Both the position numbers and the translations under genes were made by a program. Below, one piece after another: positions 17,887 through 26,656 of a DNA stretch of 28,687 bases; position 1 is the stretch's first letter, and each line of letters opens with the position of its first letter. Below the pieces are notes generated by a model that did not search any database, had not been told where the DNA came from, and was given only the letters and a program-made list of their open reading frames with translations. Source of the DNA: a virus (taxonomy: Duplodnaviria; Heunggongvirae; Uroviricota; Caudoviricetes). Location of the stretch: IMG/VR virus record IMGVR_UViG_2861079508_000005; one strand, given 5' to 3'.

Positions 17887-18741
17887 TCAGCAGTTCGTCA
17901 TCAGGGCGTCACCGCCACCGCCGGTGGCTTTGCTGCGGCGCTGCTGGGTCAGACTTTCGGTGCTGTCGAGACTGTTTTTCAGGCGGGTGAATGCCTGGCT
18001 GGTTTCATCCGCCCTGTCAGTCACATCCTGCTTAAGTGCAGAAAAGGCGGTTTCCATCTCTGCGAGGCGCTGCTCAGTGGCGCTCAGTTTTTCCTGCACA
18101 TGTTCAGCGACAGCGGTCACCGCTTCATGCACATCATTCAGACGGGCGTCATCGCTGGCCTGTTTGCGGCCAAAAATGGATTTCACCTTTTCGGTCAGGG
18201 CGGTGAACACGGTTTCAGGCAGGTCTTCAAATTCCAGCTCAACAGGCGTTGCCACTGAAATCAGATTTTCAGGGCTTAATTTGAAGCGGTTCAGGGGGTT
18301 GTGTTTTGCCGTGCGGCAGAATTCCAGGTATTCCGTGCCGAGGCTTGCCGGGTCATCGGTGACGGCCAGCCCCACCAGATAACATTTGCCGGTGTTGGCA
18401 AAGTTCGGCTGAATTTCCATTGAGGTGTAGACCTTCTGCGCGGCCTTGTTCATCGCGATAAGGTCATCGGTCGGGGTGATTTTCGCAAACAGCGCCCATT
18501 TGCCTTTCAGCGCCGAATCATCGTCAATCTTTTCGGCCTTCAGTTCGGTCACATCGCCATAACGCTTAAAAATACCGTCAGGCAGGATGCCGCGCAGATG
18601 TTCCAGGTTAATGCGGCAACCATAGACACGCGGGTCAAAGGTTTCGGCCATTTCCTGAATATCCTGCGCACTGATGACACGCCCGTCACAGGTGTCACCC
18701 TCAACGCCGATACGAAAGAATTTTGAGACTTTTTTTGCCAT
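17887..18741 (-). CDS. O: capsid scaffold protein gpO
   Basis: 284-codon ORF from internal start MAKKVSKFF; divergent from P. Confidence 0.75.
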   Translation of the reverse strand: MAKKVSKFFRIGVEGDTCDGRVISAQDIQEMAETFDPRVYGCRINLEHLRGILPDGIFKRYGDVTELKAEKIDDDSALKGKWALFAKITPTDDLIAMNKAAQKVYTSMEIQPNFANTGKCYLVGLAVTDDPASLGTEYLEFCRTAKHNPLNRFKLSPENLISVATPVELEFEDLPETVFTALTEKVKSIFGRKQASDDARLNDVHEAVTAVAEHVQEKLSATEQRLAEMETAFSALKQDVTDRADETSQAFTRLKNSLDSTESLTQQRRSKATGGGGDALMTNC

Positions 18742-18914
18742 TGTCAGGAGTCCTGAATAGTGATTAGAGGAGTCACATGTCGGCATCAGTTTCCCGACGA
18801 TGCGCATCCTCCGCCATCAGTCCCGGATGGCTTATCACTGACACAACAGCACCTTAGCGAATCGCGGGGCGCGACTCAGTAGCCTTGCCGTGTATTCATC
18901 ACGGCGAGGTATTC
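18742..18914. promoter_or_regulatory. divergent late promoter region for O (leftward) and P (rightward), expected Ogr-dependent
   Basis: Non-coding interval between divergent O and P starts; by analogy with P2 late promoters; individual -10/-35 and Ogr sites not resolved by eye. Confidence 0.4.
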
Positions 18915-20687
18915 ATGACCATCACCACAGACACCACTCTTTTACACGACCCGCGTCGTCAGGCGGCGCTGCTGTACTGGCAGGGGTTTTCCGTGCCGCA
19001 GATTGCCGCCATGTTGCAGATGAAACGCCCGACGGTGCAGAGCTGGAAACAGCGCGACGGCTGGGACAGCGTTGCCCCCATCAGCCGTGTCGAAATGAGT
19101 CTGGAAGCGCGGCTGACCCAGCTCATCATCAAACCGCAGAAAACCGGCGGTGACTTCAAGGAAATTGACCTGCTGGGACGCCAGATTGAACGGCTGGCGC
19201 GGGTCAACCGCTACAGTCAGACCGGCAACGAGGCAGACCTTAATCCGAACGTCGCTAACCGCAACAAAGGCGGGCGTCGCAAACCGAAAAAGAATTTTTT
19301 CAGTGACGAGGCCATCGAAAAGCTGGAGCAGATTTTCTTTGAGCAGTCTTTCGACTATCAGTTGCACTGGTATCGCGCCGGGCTTGAGCACCGCATCCGC
19401 GATATCCTGAAATCCCGCCAGATTGGCGCGACGTTTTATTTTTCCCGCGAGGCGCTGCTGCGCGCCCTGAAAACCGGTCATAACCAGATTTTTCTGTCGG
19501 CCAGTAAAACGCAGGCGTATGTGTTCCGCGAATACATCATCGCCTTTGCCCGGCTGGTTGACGTTGACCTGACCGGTGACCCGATTGTCCTGGGCAATAA
19601 CGGCGCAAAACTGATTTTTCTCGGCACCAACTCCAACACCGCGCAGAGCCATAACGGCGACCTGTACGTCGACGAGATTTTCTGGATCCCGAATTTTCAG
19701 GTACTGCGTAAGGTGGCATCAGGTATGGCCTCACAAAGTCACCTGCGCTCGACTTATTTCTCCACCCCGTCCACGCTGGCGCACGACGCCTACCCGTTCT
19801 GGTCAGGTGAACTGTTCAACCGGGGACGCGCCAGCGCCGCCGAACGCGTGGAAATCGACGTCAGTCATAACGCCCTTGCCGGTGGGCTTCTCTGTGCGGA
19901 CGGCCAGTGGCGGCAGATTGTCACCATTGAGGATGCCCTGAAAGGCGGCTGCACGCTGTTCGACATTGAGCAGCTCAAACGCGAAAACAGCGCCGACGAT
20001 TTTAAAAACCTGTTCATGTGTGAATTTGTTGACGACAAGGCGTCGGTGTTCCCGTTCGAGGAGCTGCAACGCTGCATGGTCGACACACTGGAAGAATGGG
20101 AAGACTATGCGCCGTTTGCCGCCAATCCGTTCGGCTCCCGCCCGGTATGGATTGGTTACGACCCGTCACACCGTGGCGACAGCGCCGGATGCGTGGTACT
20201 GGCACCGCCGGTGGTGGCCGGTGGCAAATTCAGAATACTTGAGCGTCACCAGTGGAAAGGCATGGACTTTGCCACCCAGGCGGAATCCATCCGCAAACTC
20301 ACCGAAAAATATAACGTCGAATACATCGGTATTGATGCCACCGGCCTCGGTGTCGGCGTGTTCCAGCTCGTGCGCTCGTTCTATCCCGCCGCGCGCGACA
20401 TCCGCTACACGCCGGAAATGAAAACCGCAATGGTGCTCAAGGCAAAAGACGTTATCCGTCGTGGCTGTCTGGAATACGACGTCAGCGCCACCGACATCAC
20501 CAGCTCGTTTATGGCTATCCGCAAGACCATGACCAGCAGCGGACGCAGCGCCACCTATGAGGCCAGCCGCAGCGAGGAAGCCAGCCACGCCGACCTCGCC
20601 TGGGCAACCATGCACGCCCTGTTAAATGAGCCACTCACCGCCGGTATCAGCACCCCGCTGACATCCACCATTCTGGAGTTTTACTGA
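18915..20687 (+). CDS. P: terminase large subunit gpP
   Basis: 590-codon ORF from MTITTD (the track ORF is N-extended); divergent from O; followed by Q. Confidence 0.8.
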   Translation: MTITTDTTLLHDPRRQAALLYWQGFSVPQIAAMLQMKRPTVQSWKQRDGWDSVAPISRVEMSLEARLTQLIIKPQKTGGDFKEIDLLGRQIERLARVNRYSQTGNEADLNPNVANRNKGGRRKPKKNFFSDEAIEKLEQIFFEQSFDYQLHWYRAGLEHRIRDILKSRQIGATFYFSREALLRALKTGHNQIFLSASKTQAYVFREYIIAFARLVDVDLTGDPIVLGNNGAKLIFLGTNSNTAQSHNGDLYVDEIFWIPNFQVLRKVASGMASQSHLRSTYFSTPSTLAHDAYPFWSGELFNRGRASAAERVEIDVSHNALAGGLLCADGQWRQIVTIEDALKGGCTLFDIEQLKRENSADDFKNLFMCEFVDDKASVFPFEELQRCMVDTLEEWEDYAPFAANPFGSRPVWIGYDPSHRGDSAGCVVLAPPVVAGGKFRILERHQWKGMDFATQAESIRKLTEKYNVEYIGIDATGLGVGVFQLVRSFYPAARDIRYTPEMKTAMVLKAKDVIRRGCLEYDVSATDITSSFMAIRKTMTSSGRSATYEASRSEEASHADLAWATMHALLNEPLTAGISTPLTSTILEFY

Positions 20688-21721
20688 TGAGCAAGAAAAA
20701 AGGGAAAACACCGCAACCTGCGGCGAAAAAAATGACCGCCAGCGCCCCGAAAATGGAGGCATTCACCTTTGGTGATCCGGTGCCGGTACTCGACCGCCGT
20801 GACATTCTGGATTACGTCGAGTGCATCAGTAACGGCAGATGGTATGAGCCACCGGTCAGCTTTACCGGTCTGGCAAAAAGCCTGCGTGCTGCCGTGCATC
20901 ACAGCTCACCGATTTACGTTAAACGCAATATTCTGGCCTCGACATTTATCCCGCATCCGTGGCTTTCCCAGCAGGATTTCAGCCGCTTTGTGCTGGATTT
21001 TCTGGTGTTCGGTAATGCGTTTCTGGAAAAGCGTTACAGCACTACCGGTAAGGTCATCAGACTGGAAACCTCACCGGCAAAATATACCCGCCGTGGCGTG
21101 GAGGAGGATGTTTACTGGTGGGTGCCGTCCTTCAACGAGCCGACACCTTTCGCGCCCGGCTCCGTGTTTCACCTGCTGGAGCCGGATATTAATCAGGAGC
21201 TGTACGGTCTGCCGGAATATCTCAGCGCCCTTAATTCTGCCTGGCTGAATGAGTCGGCCACGCTGTTCCGCCGCAAGTATTACGAAAACGGCGCTCATGC
21301 CGGATATATCATGTACGTCACTGATGCCGTGCAGGATCGCAACGATATCGAAATGCTCCGCGAAAACATGGTGAAGTCGAAAGGCCGCAACAACTTTAAA
21401 AACCTGTTTCTCTATGCCCCACAGGGGAAAGCCGACGGCATTAAAATTATCCCCCTCAGTGAAGTGGCGACGAAGGACGATTTTTTTAATATCAAAAAAG
21501 CCAGCGCCGCTGACCTGCTGGACGCACACCGCATCCCCTTTCAGTTGATGGGCGGCAAGCCGGAGAACGTCGGGTCACTGGGCGATATTGAGAAAGTGGC
21601 AAAGGTCTTTGTCCGCAATGAGCTTATCCCGTTACAGGACAGGATTCGGGAAATAAACGGCTGGCTCGGTCAGGAGGTCATCCGCTTTAAAAACTACTCA
21701 CTGGACACCGACAACGGCTGA
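20687..21721 (+). CDS. Q: portal protein gpQ
   Basis: 344 aa; start overlaps the P stop (ATGA); last gene before cos. Confidence 0.8.
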   Translation: MSKKKGKTPQPAAKKMTASAPKMEAFTFGDPVPVLDRRDILDYVECISNGRWYEPPVSFTGLAKSLRAAVHHSSPIYVKRNILASTFIPHPWLSQQDFSRFVLDFLVFGNAFLEKRYSTTGKVIRLETSPAKYTRRGVEEDVYWWVPSFNEPTPFAPGSVFHLLEPDINQELYGLPEYLSALNSAWLNESATLFRRKYYENGAHAGYIMYVTDAVQDRNDIEMLRENMVKSKGRNNFKNLFLYAPQGKADGIKIIPLSEVATKDDFFNIKKASAADLLDAHRIPFQLMGGKPENVGSLGDIEKVAKVFVRNELIPLQDRIREINGWLGQEVIRFKNYSLDTDNG

Positions 21722-21726
21722 ACATC

Positions 21727-21748
21727 GCCGCCTGCGGGCGGCTTTTTT
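21727..21748 (+). terminator. rho-independent terminator after Q
   Basis: GC hairpin GCCGCC-TGCG-GGCGGC followed by TTTTTT, 5 nt after the Q stop. Confidence 0.6.
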
Positions 21749-21890
21749 ACACCCCGTCATCACGCCCTCACACGCTCACCACCGCACAAAACACCCCGCA
21801 GACACACCAACGCCCCGGCGCACAATCCAAACGCCGTCACGACGCGCTGAGACGCTGAAAAAATAAAATCAGCACCACCGCCAGCGCGCA

Positions 21891-21909
21891 GTGCTTTCCC
21901 CGCCTCGCC
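21891..21909. other. cos cohesive-end site (19 nt)
   Basis: GTGCTTTCCCCGCCTCGCC is the reverse complement of GGCGAGGCGGGGAAAGCAC, which I recall as the P2 cohesive end; lies between Q and the early region as expected. Confidence 0.55.
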
Positions 21910-22193
21910 CGCCCGCTTCACGGGGCGGTTTTAATGCAGTTGCATAGATACTATGGATCCGCACCAGTCCTGACCGCACGCAGCCTGAACGGACATCCCC
22001 AGCGCATGCAAAAACATTCACTTGTTGCATGCATAGCTTTTTAAGTACGCCATACCGCAACTGTACATTTTTAAGCAATTGGCAACTTTAAAAAATTTAC
22101 ATTGCTTTCAAGACCTTATCATCCGTAGTCTCTGTTTTTTACTTTGAGCTACATCAATAAAATCTCAAACATGTTTAATGCAAAGCCCTTGTT

Positions 22194-22243
22194 ACACAAC
22201 ATAGAATGTATGTCTAGAAACAACGACATACTATATGTTGTGT
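22194..22243 (+). other. long imperfect hairpin followed by a T-tract (possible operator or sRNA/terminator structure)
   Basis: ACACAACATA pairs perfectly with TATGTTGTGT, plus an inner 7-bp stem GTATGTC/GACATAC, a 10-nt apical loop, then TTTTT at 22244-22248. Confidence 0.4.
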
Positions 22244-22309
22244 TTTTCCGGCTCTCTGTTCGGTGATATGCCAAATCACTTTGCGTTTAAACAGAGCATT
22301 ATTTCAGGG

Positions 22310-22324
22310 CAAGACTTCGCTCAA
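22310..22324 (+). repeat. 15-bp direct repeat copy 1 (CAAGACTTCGCTCAA)
   Basis: Identical 15-mer recurs at 22574-22588; the two copies flank the small ORF and terminator. Confidence 0.6.
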
Positions 22325-22387
22325 AAGTCATTCCACCTAACAAGCGCATATACCGGTGGAAGTTGCCCTCTACTTACAGGAGGCAAT

Positions 22388-22501
22388 ATGAAGAAATGCT
22401 ATTACTGCATTCTCGTTCTGGCCCTCTTTGGCTATCCAAACGGTAGTCCGAGTGGTTTGTCAGTAAACGTCAGTAATATCAATGTCAGCATTATGCTTTA
22501 A
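22388..22501 (+). CDS. hypothetical small hydrophobic protein (37 aa), candidate cargo gene
   Basis: AGGAGG 4 nt upstream of ATG; MKKCYYCILVLALFGYPNGSPSGLSVNVSNINVSIML; terminator immediately downstream; no homology recognised. Confidence 0.35.
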   Translation: MKKCYYCILVLALFGYPNGSPSGLSVNVSNINVSIML

Positions 22502-22513
22502 TATGCTTCAAAC

Positions 22514-22543
22514 AAAAAAACCACCTGCCAGGGTGGTTTTTTT
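22514..22543. terminator. bidirectional rho-independent terminator (A-tract / GC hairpin / T-tract)
   Basis: AAAAAAA-CCACCTG-CC-AGGGTGG-TTTTTTT; can terminate the small ORF transcript on the plus strand and the early operon after A on the minus strand. Confidence 0.6.
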
Positions 22544-22573
22544 GCGCCCATCATCAATACGATGAAAGACTGA

Positions 22574-22588
22574 CAAGACTTCGCTCAA
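22574..22588 (+). repeat. 15-bp direct repeat copy 2 (CAAGACTTCGCTCAA)
   Basis: Identical to 22310-22324. Confidence 0.6.
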
Positions 22589-22803
22589 GACGAATTATGC
22601 GTCGACATAAGGTTACCCGCAATGATTTTATTAGACTAAATGGATGGCCTTTTATGACCCGGATCAAACGGCTGTCCTTACCGACATGCTAGTCACTCAA
22701 TAGCATTTAGCCTTCTAATTCAGCATGCTATTGACCTTCTGCTGCCCCATAACTGCTCCGCATAAGCCATTCAATGCCATATCAAATCACGTTGTGTTTT
22801 TAC

Positions 22804-25122
22804 TCAAATGGGTAACGAGAACCCCGGCCACACATCAGCGACCAGATACGTGAATTTTTTTCCGTCATAATTTACGGTTGCTCCACGCGCCAGCGCCTCA
22901 AGTTCCCATCGCTGAGGCCAGATGCCGTTCTGAGCAAGGTCAACACGGATACGGGTAATTTGCATACGCTCCGACCGGGTCAGCCTGGCCGATGGCGCTA
23001 TTTCATTCGGTTTTAACGGGCTTCCGTTTCTTTGCTGACGGTTTGGTGTTCTCAGGCCGTGTTTTAATGCGCCCCTGAGCGCCCTCACGACCTCCGGGTC
23101 ATTCCATTCGATAACACCGTCATCAACCAGATTAAGCACGGCTGCGGCGCGCTCAGAAGGTGTGGGAGCCGGTAACGAAGTATCACCACCGGTGAGCTTT
23201 CCACAGTTATTGACAGGACTCCGAGGCGCGGCGATGCCGCTTTTTAAAGTCAAAGGCTCAACGACCGGAACTTTCGGCACAATGCGCCAGTCCGTGGTTC
23301 TGGTGATATGAATATGACGCGCGCCGAGATGCGGCGCGTAAATGCCGACCACTCTCTCGACCTCTTCCTCGTACTCGTTAACGTCATCCGACGGGCTACG
23401 GGCGACTCTGACAGTCTGACAATCGCGCGGAACATTTGCCCCACCCTGCGCGCTGATATACAACGCAAAATCACCACTGTCTGCGGCGGCGCGTGCAGCC
23501 TCGACGCGCTCGTCAAACTCATCAGCAATGCTGACGCCGCGAGGCAATTTGCGTAGTTCACGGTAAGCCCCCATTGTCGGCAGGCCAACCGTTTTAAATT
23601 GCGGAATGCGCCACGTTGACGCCCATGCGGTAACAGCCGCGGCAGTATCTTTCAGCGGTCTGCCGGTATCGTTATCGAGCTGCCCATCCAGTGCATAGCC
23701 GTCGATATTTTTTGAGATGTATTTCGCGATATACCCCGCAGCACCGCCCCGGTTAAGATGTTTTGCCTGAAAACGGTTTCGCGCGGCTCCTCTTTCGTCG
23801 CCATCCTCTTTGAGCGCATAGCGACGCATGATTTCGATAATCTGGTTACGCTGGCGTGGATTACAAAAAAGCATCATATGCCAGTGCGGCGTTCCGTCGT
23901 GGTGTGGCTCGACGACACGCAAACCGTAGGCCTGTAAATCATTATCCTTGAATGCCGTGCGCATCAGGCTCCAGATACGGCAGAGATAACGCTGCGCATC
24001 CTTTGGATTAAATGCCTCATCGTTCCAGCCGTGATTAAGCTGAACGGTTTTACTTTCGCCTTTTCCGACCTGACGTGTCGGGTGATACTTTGACGGCGCG
24101 GTCAGCGTGATAAACATCCCCACATCACCCTCTGCAGCGGCGTAACGCTCAATACCGGCAATGGTGTTCATCAGCTCCATCCGGCGAATTTCAGGATTAG
24201 AAATACTGCCCATCACCTTACTGATAAGGTCGATGCGCTCGCCGGTTTCCTTATTTTCAAGGTCACACGATTTAAGAAATTCCAGATTTGCCTGGCGGCG
24301 TGCACGCACATCACGAATGGCATGTTTACTGGCATAAGGAGAACGGTCTTTATTGACCTCCCCGACAGCAATCAGTAACGCCTCATGCCAGCGCATACGC
24401 TGGCCTTTAAGCTGATGAGTCCACCACTCATCGTTAAACAGACGGGCAATGGCAGAATATGCCTGCCTCGTGGTCATCTGCCCTTTACGGTATTTTTTCC
24501 AGTAGAGAGGGGAAATATTGAAAGCTCGTGCAGCGCCAGCAACATGACCATACAGGTGAGCCTGCGCCTCATCCGTAAACAGCGATTCTTTCTCGCCATG
24601 CGCATCCACCCAGGCATCGCAGAGTTCCTCATACATCATGAAAAGCTGTGATGAGATACGGGCGGCAAACTTTTTCAGCTCCTTGTCATTCATTCCAGGC
24701 AAACGCGCATAATGGTCACGCTCTGCCAGAAACAGCAACGACGCGTCGGTGTTCATTTCATGGCGCTGATTCACACGCTCAATGCGCGGCCATAAACGAC
24801 GCTGAAAAGTGGATGTGAGGAAATAAAACCCGTGCACCGGGCTTTTATTGCGCCGGATGTAGTCATAGCGTGAAGTAAACAGCGAGCGCAAAAAGTAAGG
24901 CAGGCGATTAATCGTGGATAAAACACCTTGCACCTGACGCATCTCGTCACGTGTAAGGGGTCTTTCGCGCCCGACGGCCTCGCGTGGCGCGTTCCATGCA
25001 TAAGCACCGGTAAACGTCTCACCGGTGCCTGCGGCAAATGCTGACGGAGGGACAAAACGCCCGGAGGCTTTAACGGCCATATGAGCCAAAAGCCTCTGAA
25101 CAACGCTTGCTGAGTTGCTCAA
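22804..25122 (-). CDS. A: replication initiation protein gpA (rolling-circle nicking endonuclease)
   Basis: 772 aa ORF; N-terminal sequence MAVKASGRFVPPSAFAAGTG...AYAWNAPREAVGRERPLTRDEMRQ matches my recollection of P2 A; true start possibly the internal ATG at 25080. Confidence 0.85.
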   Translation of the reverse strand: MSNSASVVQRLLAHMAVKASGRFVPPSAFAAGTGETFTGAYAWNAPREAVGRERPLTRDEMRQVQGVLSTINRLPYFLRSLFTSRYDYIRRNKSPVHGFYFLTSTFQRRLWPRIERVNQRHEMNTDASLLFLAERDHYARLPGMNDKELKKFAARISSQLFMMYEELCDAWVDAHGEKESLFTDEAQAHLYGHVAGAARAFNISPLYWKKYRKGQMTTRQAYSAIARLFNDEWWTHQLKGQRMRWHEALLIAVGEVNKDRSPYASKHAIRDVRARRQANLEFLKSCDLENKETGERIDLISKVMGSISNPEIRRMELMNTIAGIERYAAAEGDVGMFITLTAPSKYHPTRQVGKGESKTVQLNHGWNDEAFNPKDAQRYLCRIWSLMRTAFKDNDLQAYGLRVVEPHHDGTPHWHMMLFCNPRQRNQIIEIMRRYALKEDGDERGAARNRFQAKHLNRGGAAGYIAKYISKNIDGYALDGQLDNDTGRPLKDTAAAVTAWASTWRIPQFKTVGLPTMGAYRELRKLPRGVSIADEFDERVEAARAAADSGDFALYISAQGGANVPRDCQTVRVARSPSDDVNEYEEEVERVVGIYAPHLGARHIHITRTTDWRIVPKVPVVEPLTLKSGIAAPRSPVNNCGKLTGGDTSLPAPTPSERAAAVLNLVDDGVIEWNDPEVVRALRGALKHGLRTPNRQQRNGSPLKPNEIAPSARLTRSERMQITRIRVDLAQNGIWPQRWELEALARGATVNYDGKKFTYLVADVWPGFSLPI

Positions 25123-25345
25123 CCTGCGCGTTTAAATCAGCAAAAGACTTTGCGCTTCCGGTCAGAATATCGTGATGCATCAGGCCGGAAACGAGCTGGC
25201 TTAATTTCGGGTAATAACCAACCACCGCCAGCCATTCCTGACCGGCGTTTTTACCGCTTTCCGCTCTCTTTTTCTCGTGGAGAATAAACTGAAAGCTGTC
25301 ACTGGTAACGACATAACGTTCGCCAATTTCAATACGAATACTCAT
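25070..25345 (-). CDS. hypothetical early protein (P2 orf83 position)
   Basis: 91 aa ORF, translationally coupled to the upstream ORF (ATGA overlap), immediately before A. Confidence 0.5.
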   Translation of the reverse strand: MSIRIEIGERYVVTSDSFQFILHEKKRAESGKNAGQEWLAVVGYYPKLSQLVSGLMHHDILTGSAKSFADLNAQVEQLSKRCSEAFGSYGR

Positions 25346-25566
25346 GCTGTTCTCCAGTAATGTTTGTTTTTTGCTTCAAAGACTGACTGACAGGAAACAC
25401 AACGCGTGGCTGACGGATAAGCCGCACGACGGGCAGCAGGTATTGGCGCATCACACTCTTCGCAAACCAGCGCAGAAGCACCACAATGTTTTACCCTTGC
25501 CGCGTTAATCTGGCGCTCCAGTAATTCAGCCTGTTGTTCCTGAATAAAATCCACGTTGTCCGGCAT
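25342..25566 (-). CDS. TraR/DksA-type C4 zinc-finger protein (P2 orf82 position)
   Basis: CEECDAPIP...17 aa...CVSCQ, a C4 zinc-finger spacing typical of the TraR/DksA family; 74 aa. Confidence 0.6.
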   Translation of the reverse strand: MPDNVDFIQEQQAELLERQINAARVKHCGASALVCEECDAPIPAARRAAYPSATRCVSCQSVFEAKNKHYWRTA

Positions 25567-25871
25567 TACCAGCTCCTTTTGTCGTTCAGTTTCTTAAATT
25601 CATCAGCGCAATAGCTGGTGATTTCTGTCGTTAATTTTGTCAGTTCATCCACGGAGGAAATTTGCTTGTGAAATACAGCGCGTTTAACAAGTAAATTGAC
25701 CACATCAGACAGGAGGTTTAATTCACTCTGATAAATCGCGATAACAGATTCAGTTATTTCGCGTTTTTCTTTATCAAGCCTAAGTTGAATAAGAGACAAA
25801 TCGCCATTTTTCATAACGACGATTTTTAAGGCATTGTTCAGTAAAACAACTGAACGAGAACAGGACATCAA
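25566..25871 (-). CDS. hypothetical early protein (P2 orf81 position)
   Basis: 101 aa ORF; start overlaps the upstream stop. Confidence 0.5.
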   Translation of the reverse strand: MMSCSRSVVLLNNALKIVVMKNGDLSLIQLRLDKEKREITESVIAIYQSELNLLSDVVNLLVKRAVFHKQISSVDELTKLTTEITSYCADEFKKLNDKRSW

Positions 25872-26092
25872 AGCACCTCCCCGCGAGACAATCCGATGTT
25901 GTGAAATTTTTCCGACTCCTGACTGAGCAGCTCGACTATCTCCACGCGGGATAACTCCGCCTTTGTGATGTGGCGAATCATGGCGTCAAGATGAGAAGAA
26001 AAGCGCGTCGCAGCGTCGGCCTGTGCTTCGGTTCTGGCCTGTTGCAGCAGTAATGCGTATTTACCGCACTGATTTTCAGAAACTGTATGCAT
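25868..26092 (-). CDS. hypothetical early protein (P2 orf80 position)
   Basis: 74 aa ORF downstream of B. Confidence 0.5.
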   Translation of the reverse strand: MHTVSENQCGKYALLLQQARTEAQADAATRFSSHLDAMIRHITKAELSRVEIVELLSQESEKFHNIGLSRGEVL

Positions 26093-26155
26093 GACTTTCT
26101 CCAGGCAAAAAGAAGCCCCGCACGATTAAGTGCGTTAAAAACTCTGGTTAATTAC

Positions 26156-26656
26156 TTAATGCAGATATTGCTCTGGTTTTACCGACGTCAGAATTGTCGG
26201 TGCATACTCAAACAGACTGAATAATTCACGTAATGCACGGAATAAAGCATCACGCCAGTAACATGATTCTTCATTAATTCGCCAGTATGGCTGGTTAAAT
26301 TCTTTTTCTGTCAGTCGTGCGTGCATAAATAAAGTGCGACGCTGACTGACTGTTAAAAAACTAATATATGCATACTCACTTGCGCCAACCTGACGGCGTT
26401 TTGAGAATGCCCCACGCAATTCATCAATTGCACATACCAGTCGTTCACGTTCGACGTCGTTCATTTCTTCAAAACGCATCGTTGCGTGACGCTGTTTTAA
26501 CTGAGCATGGAAGCAAACCGTTAACCGTTCGCGCTCCATCATCTGATTATAATAATCACATGTATCCTGCCAGCGAGGAACGGCAAGATGCTTACCAATT
26601 ATCCGGCGCATAGCTGCTGGCTGTTTTTCAACGAGATTGAGCGTCATCACTGTCAT
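26156..26656 (-). CDS. B: replication protein gpB (helicase loader)
   Basis: 166 aa ORF; position cox-orf78-B; length matches P2 B. Confidence 0.7.
   Translation of the reverse strand: MTVMTLNLVEKQPAAMRRIIGKHLAVPRWQDTCDYYNQMMERERLTVCFHAQLKQRHATMRFEEMNDVERERLVCAIDELRGAFSKRRQVGASEYAYISFLTVSQRRTLFMHARLTEKEFNQPYWRINEESCYWRDALFRALRELFSLFEYAPTILTSVKPEQYLH

Noticed and set aside
21749-21890. Possible CRISPR-like or tandem repeat array in the CA-rich tract
   Set aside because: No regularly spaced direct repeats with unique spacers; it is compositional skew next to cos, not an array
21869-22078. 69-aa minus-strand ORF spanning the cos site
   Set aside because: Crosses the cohesive-end cut site and the GC hairpin; Arg/Gly-rich low-complexity translation; no ribosome-binding site; most likely spurious
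22235-22501. 88-aa version of the small cargo ORF in the six-frame track
   Set aside because: The upstream start has no Shine-Dalgarno and overlaps the hairpin; the internal ATG at 22388 has AGGAGG, so the 37-codon version is preferred. Even that remains only a candidate
25566-25871. 101-aa AT-rich ORF as a separately acquired moron
   Set aside because: The whole early region (about 25.3-28.7 kb) looks AT-richer than the late genes, so the local composition is not distinctive; treated as an ordinary early-operon ORF
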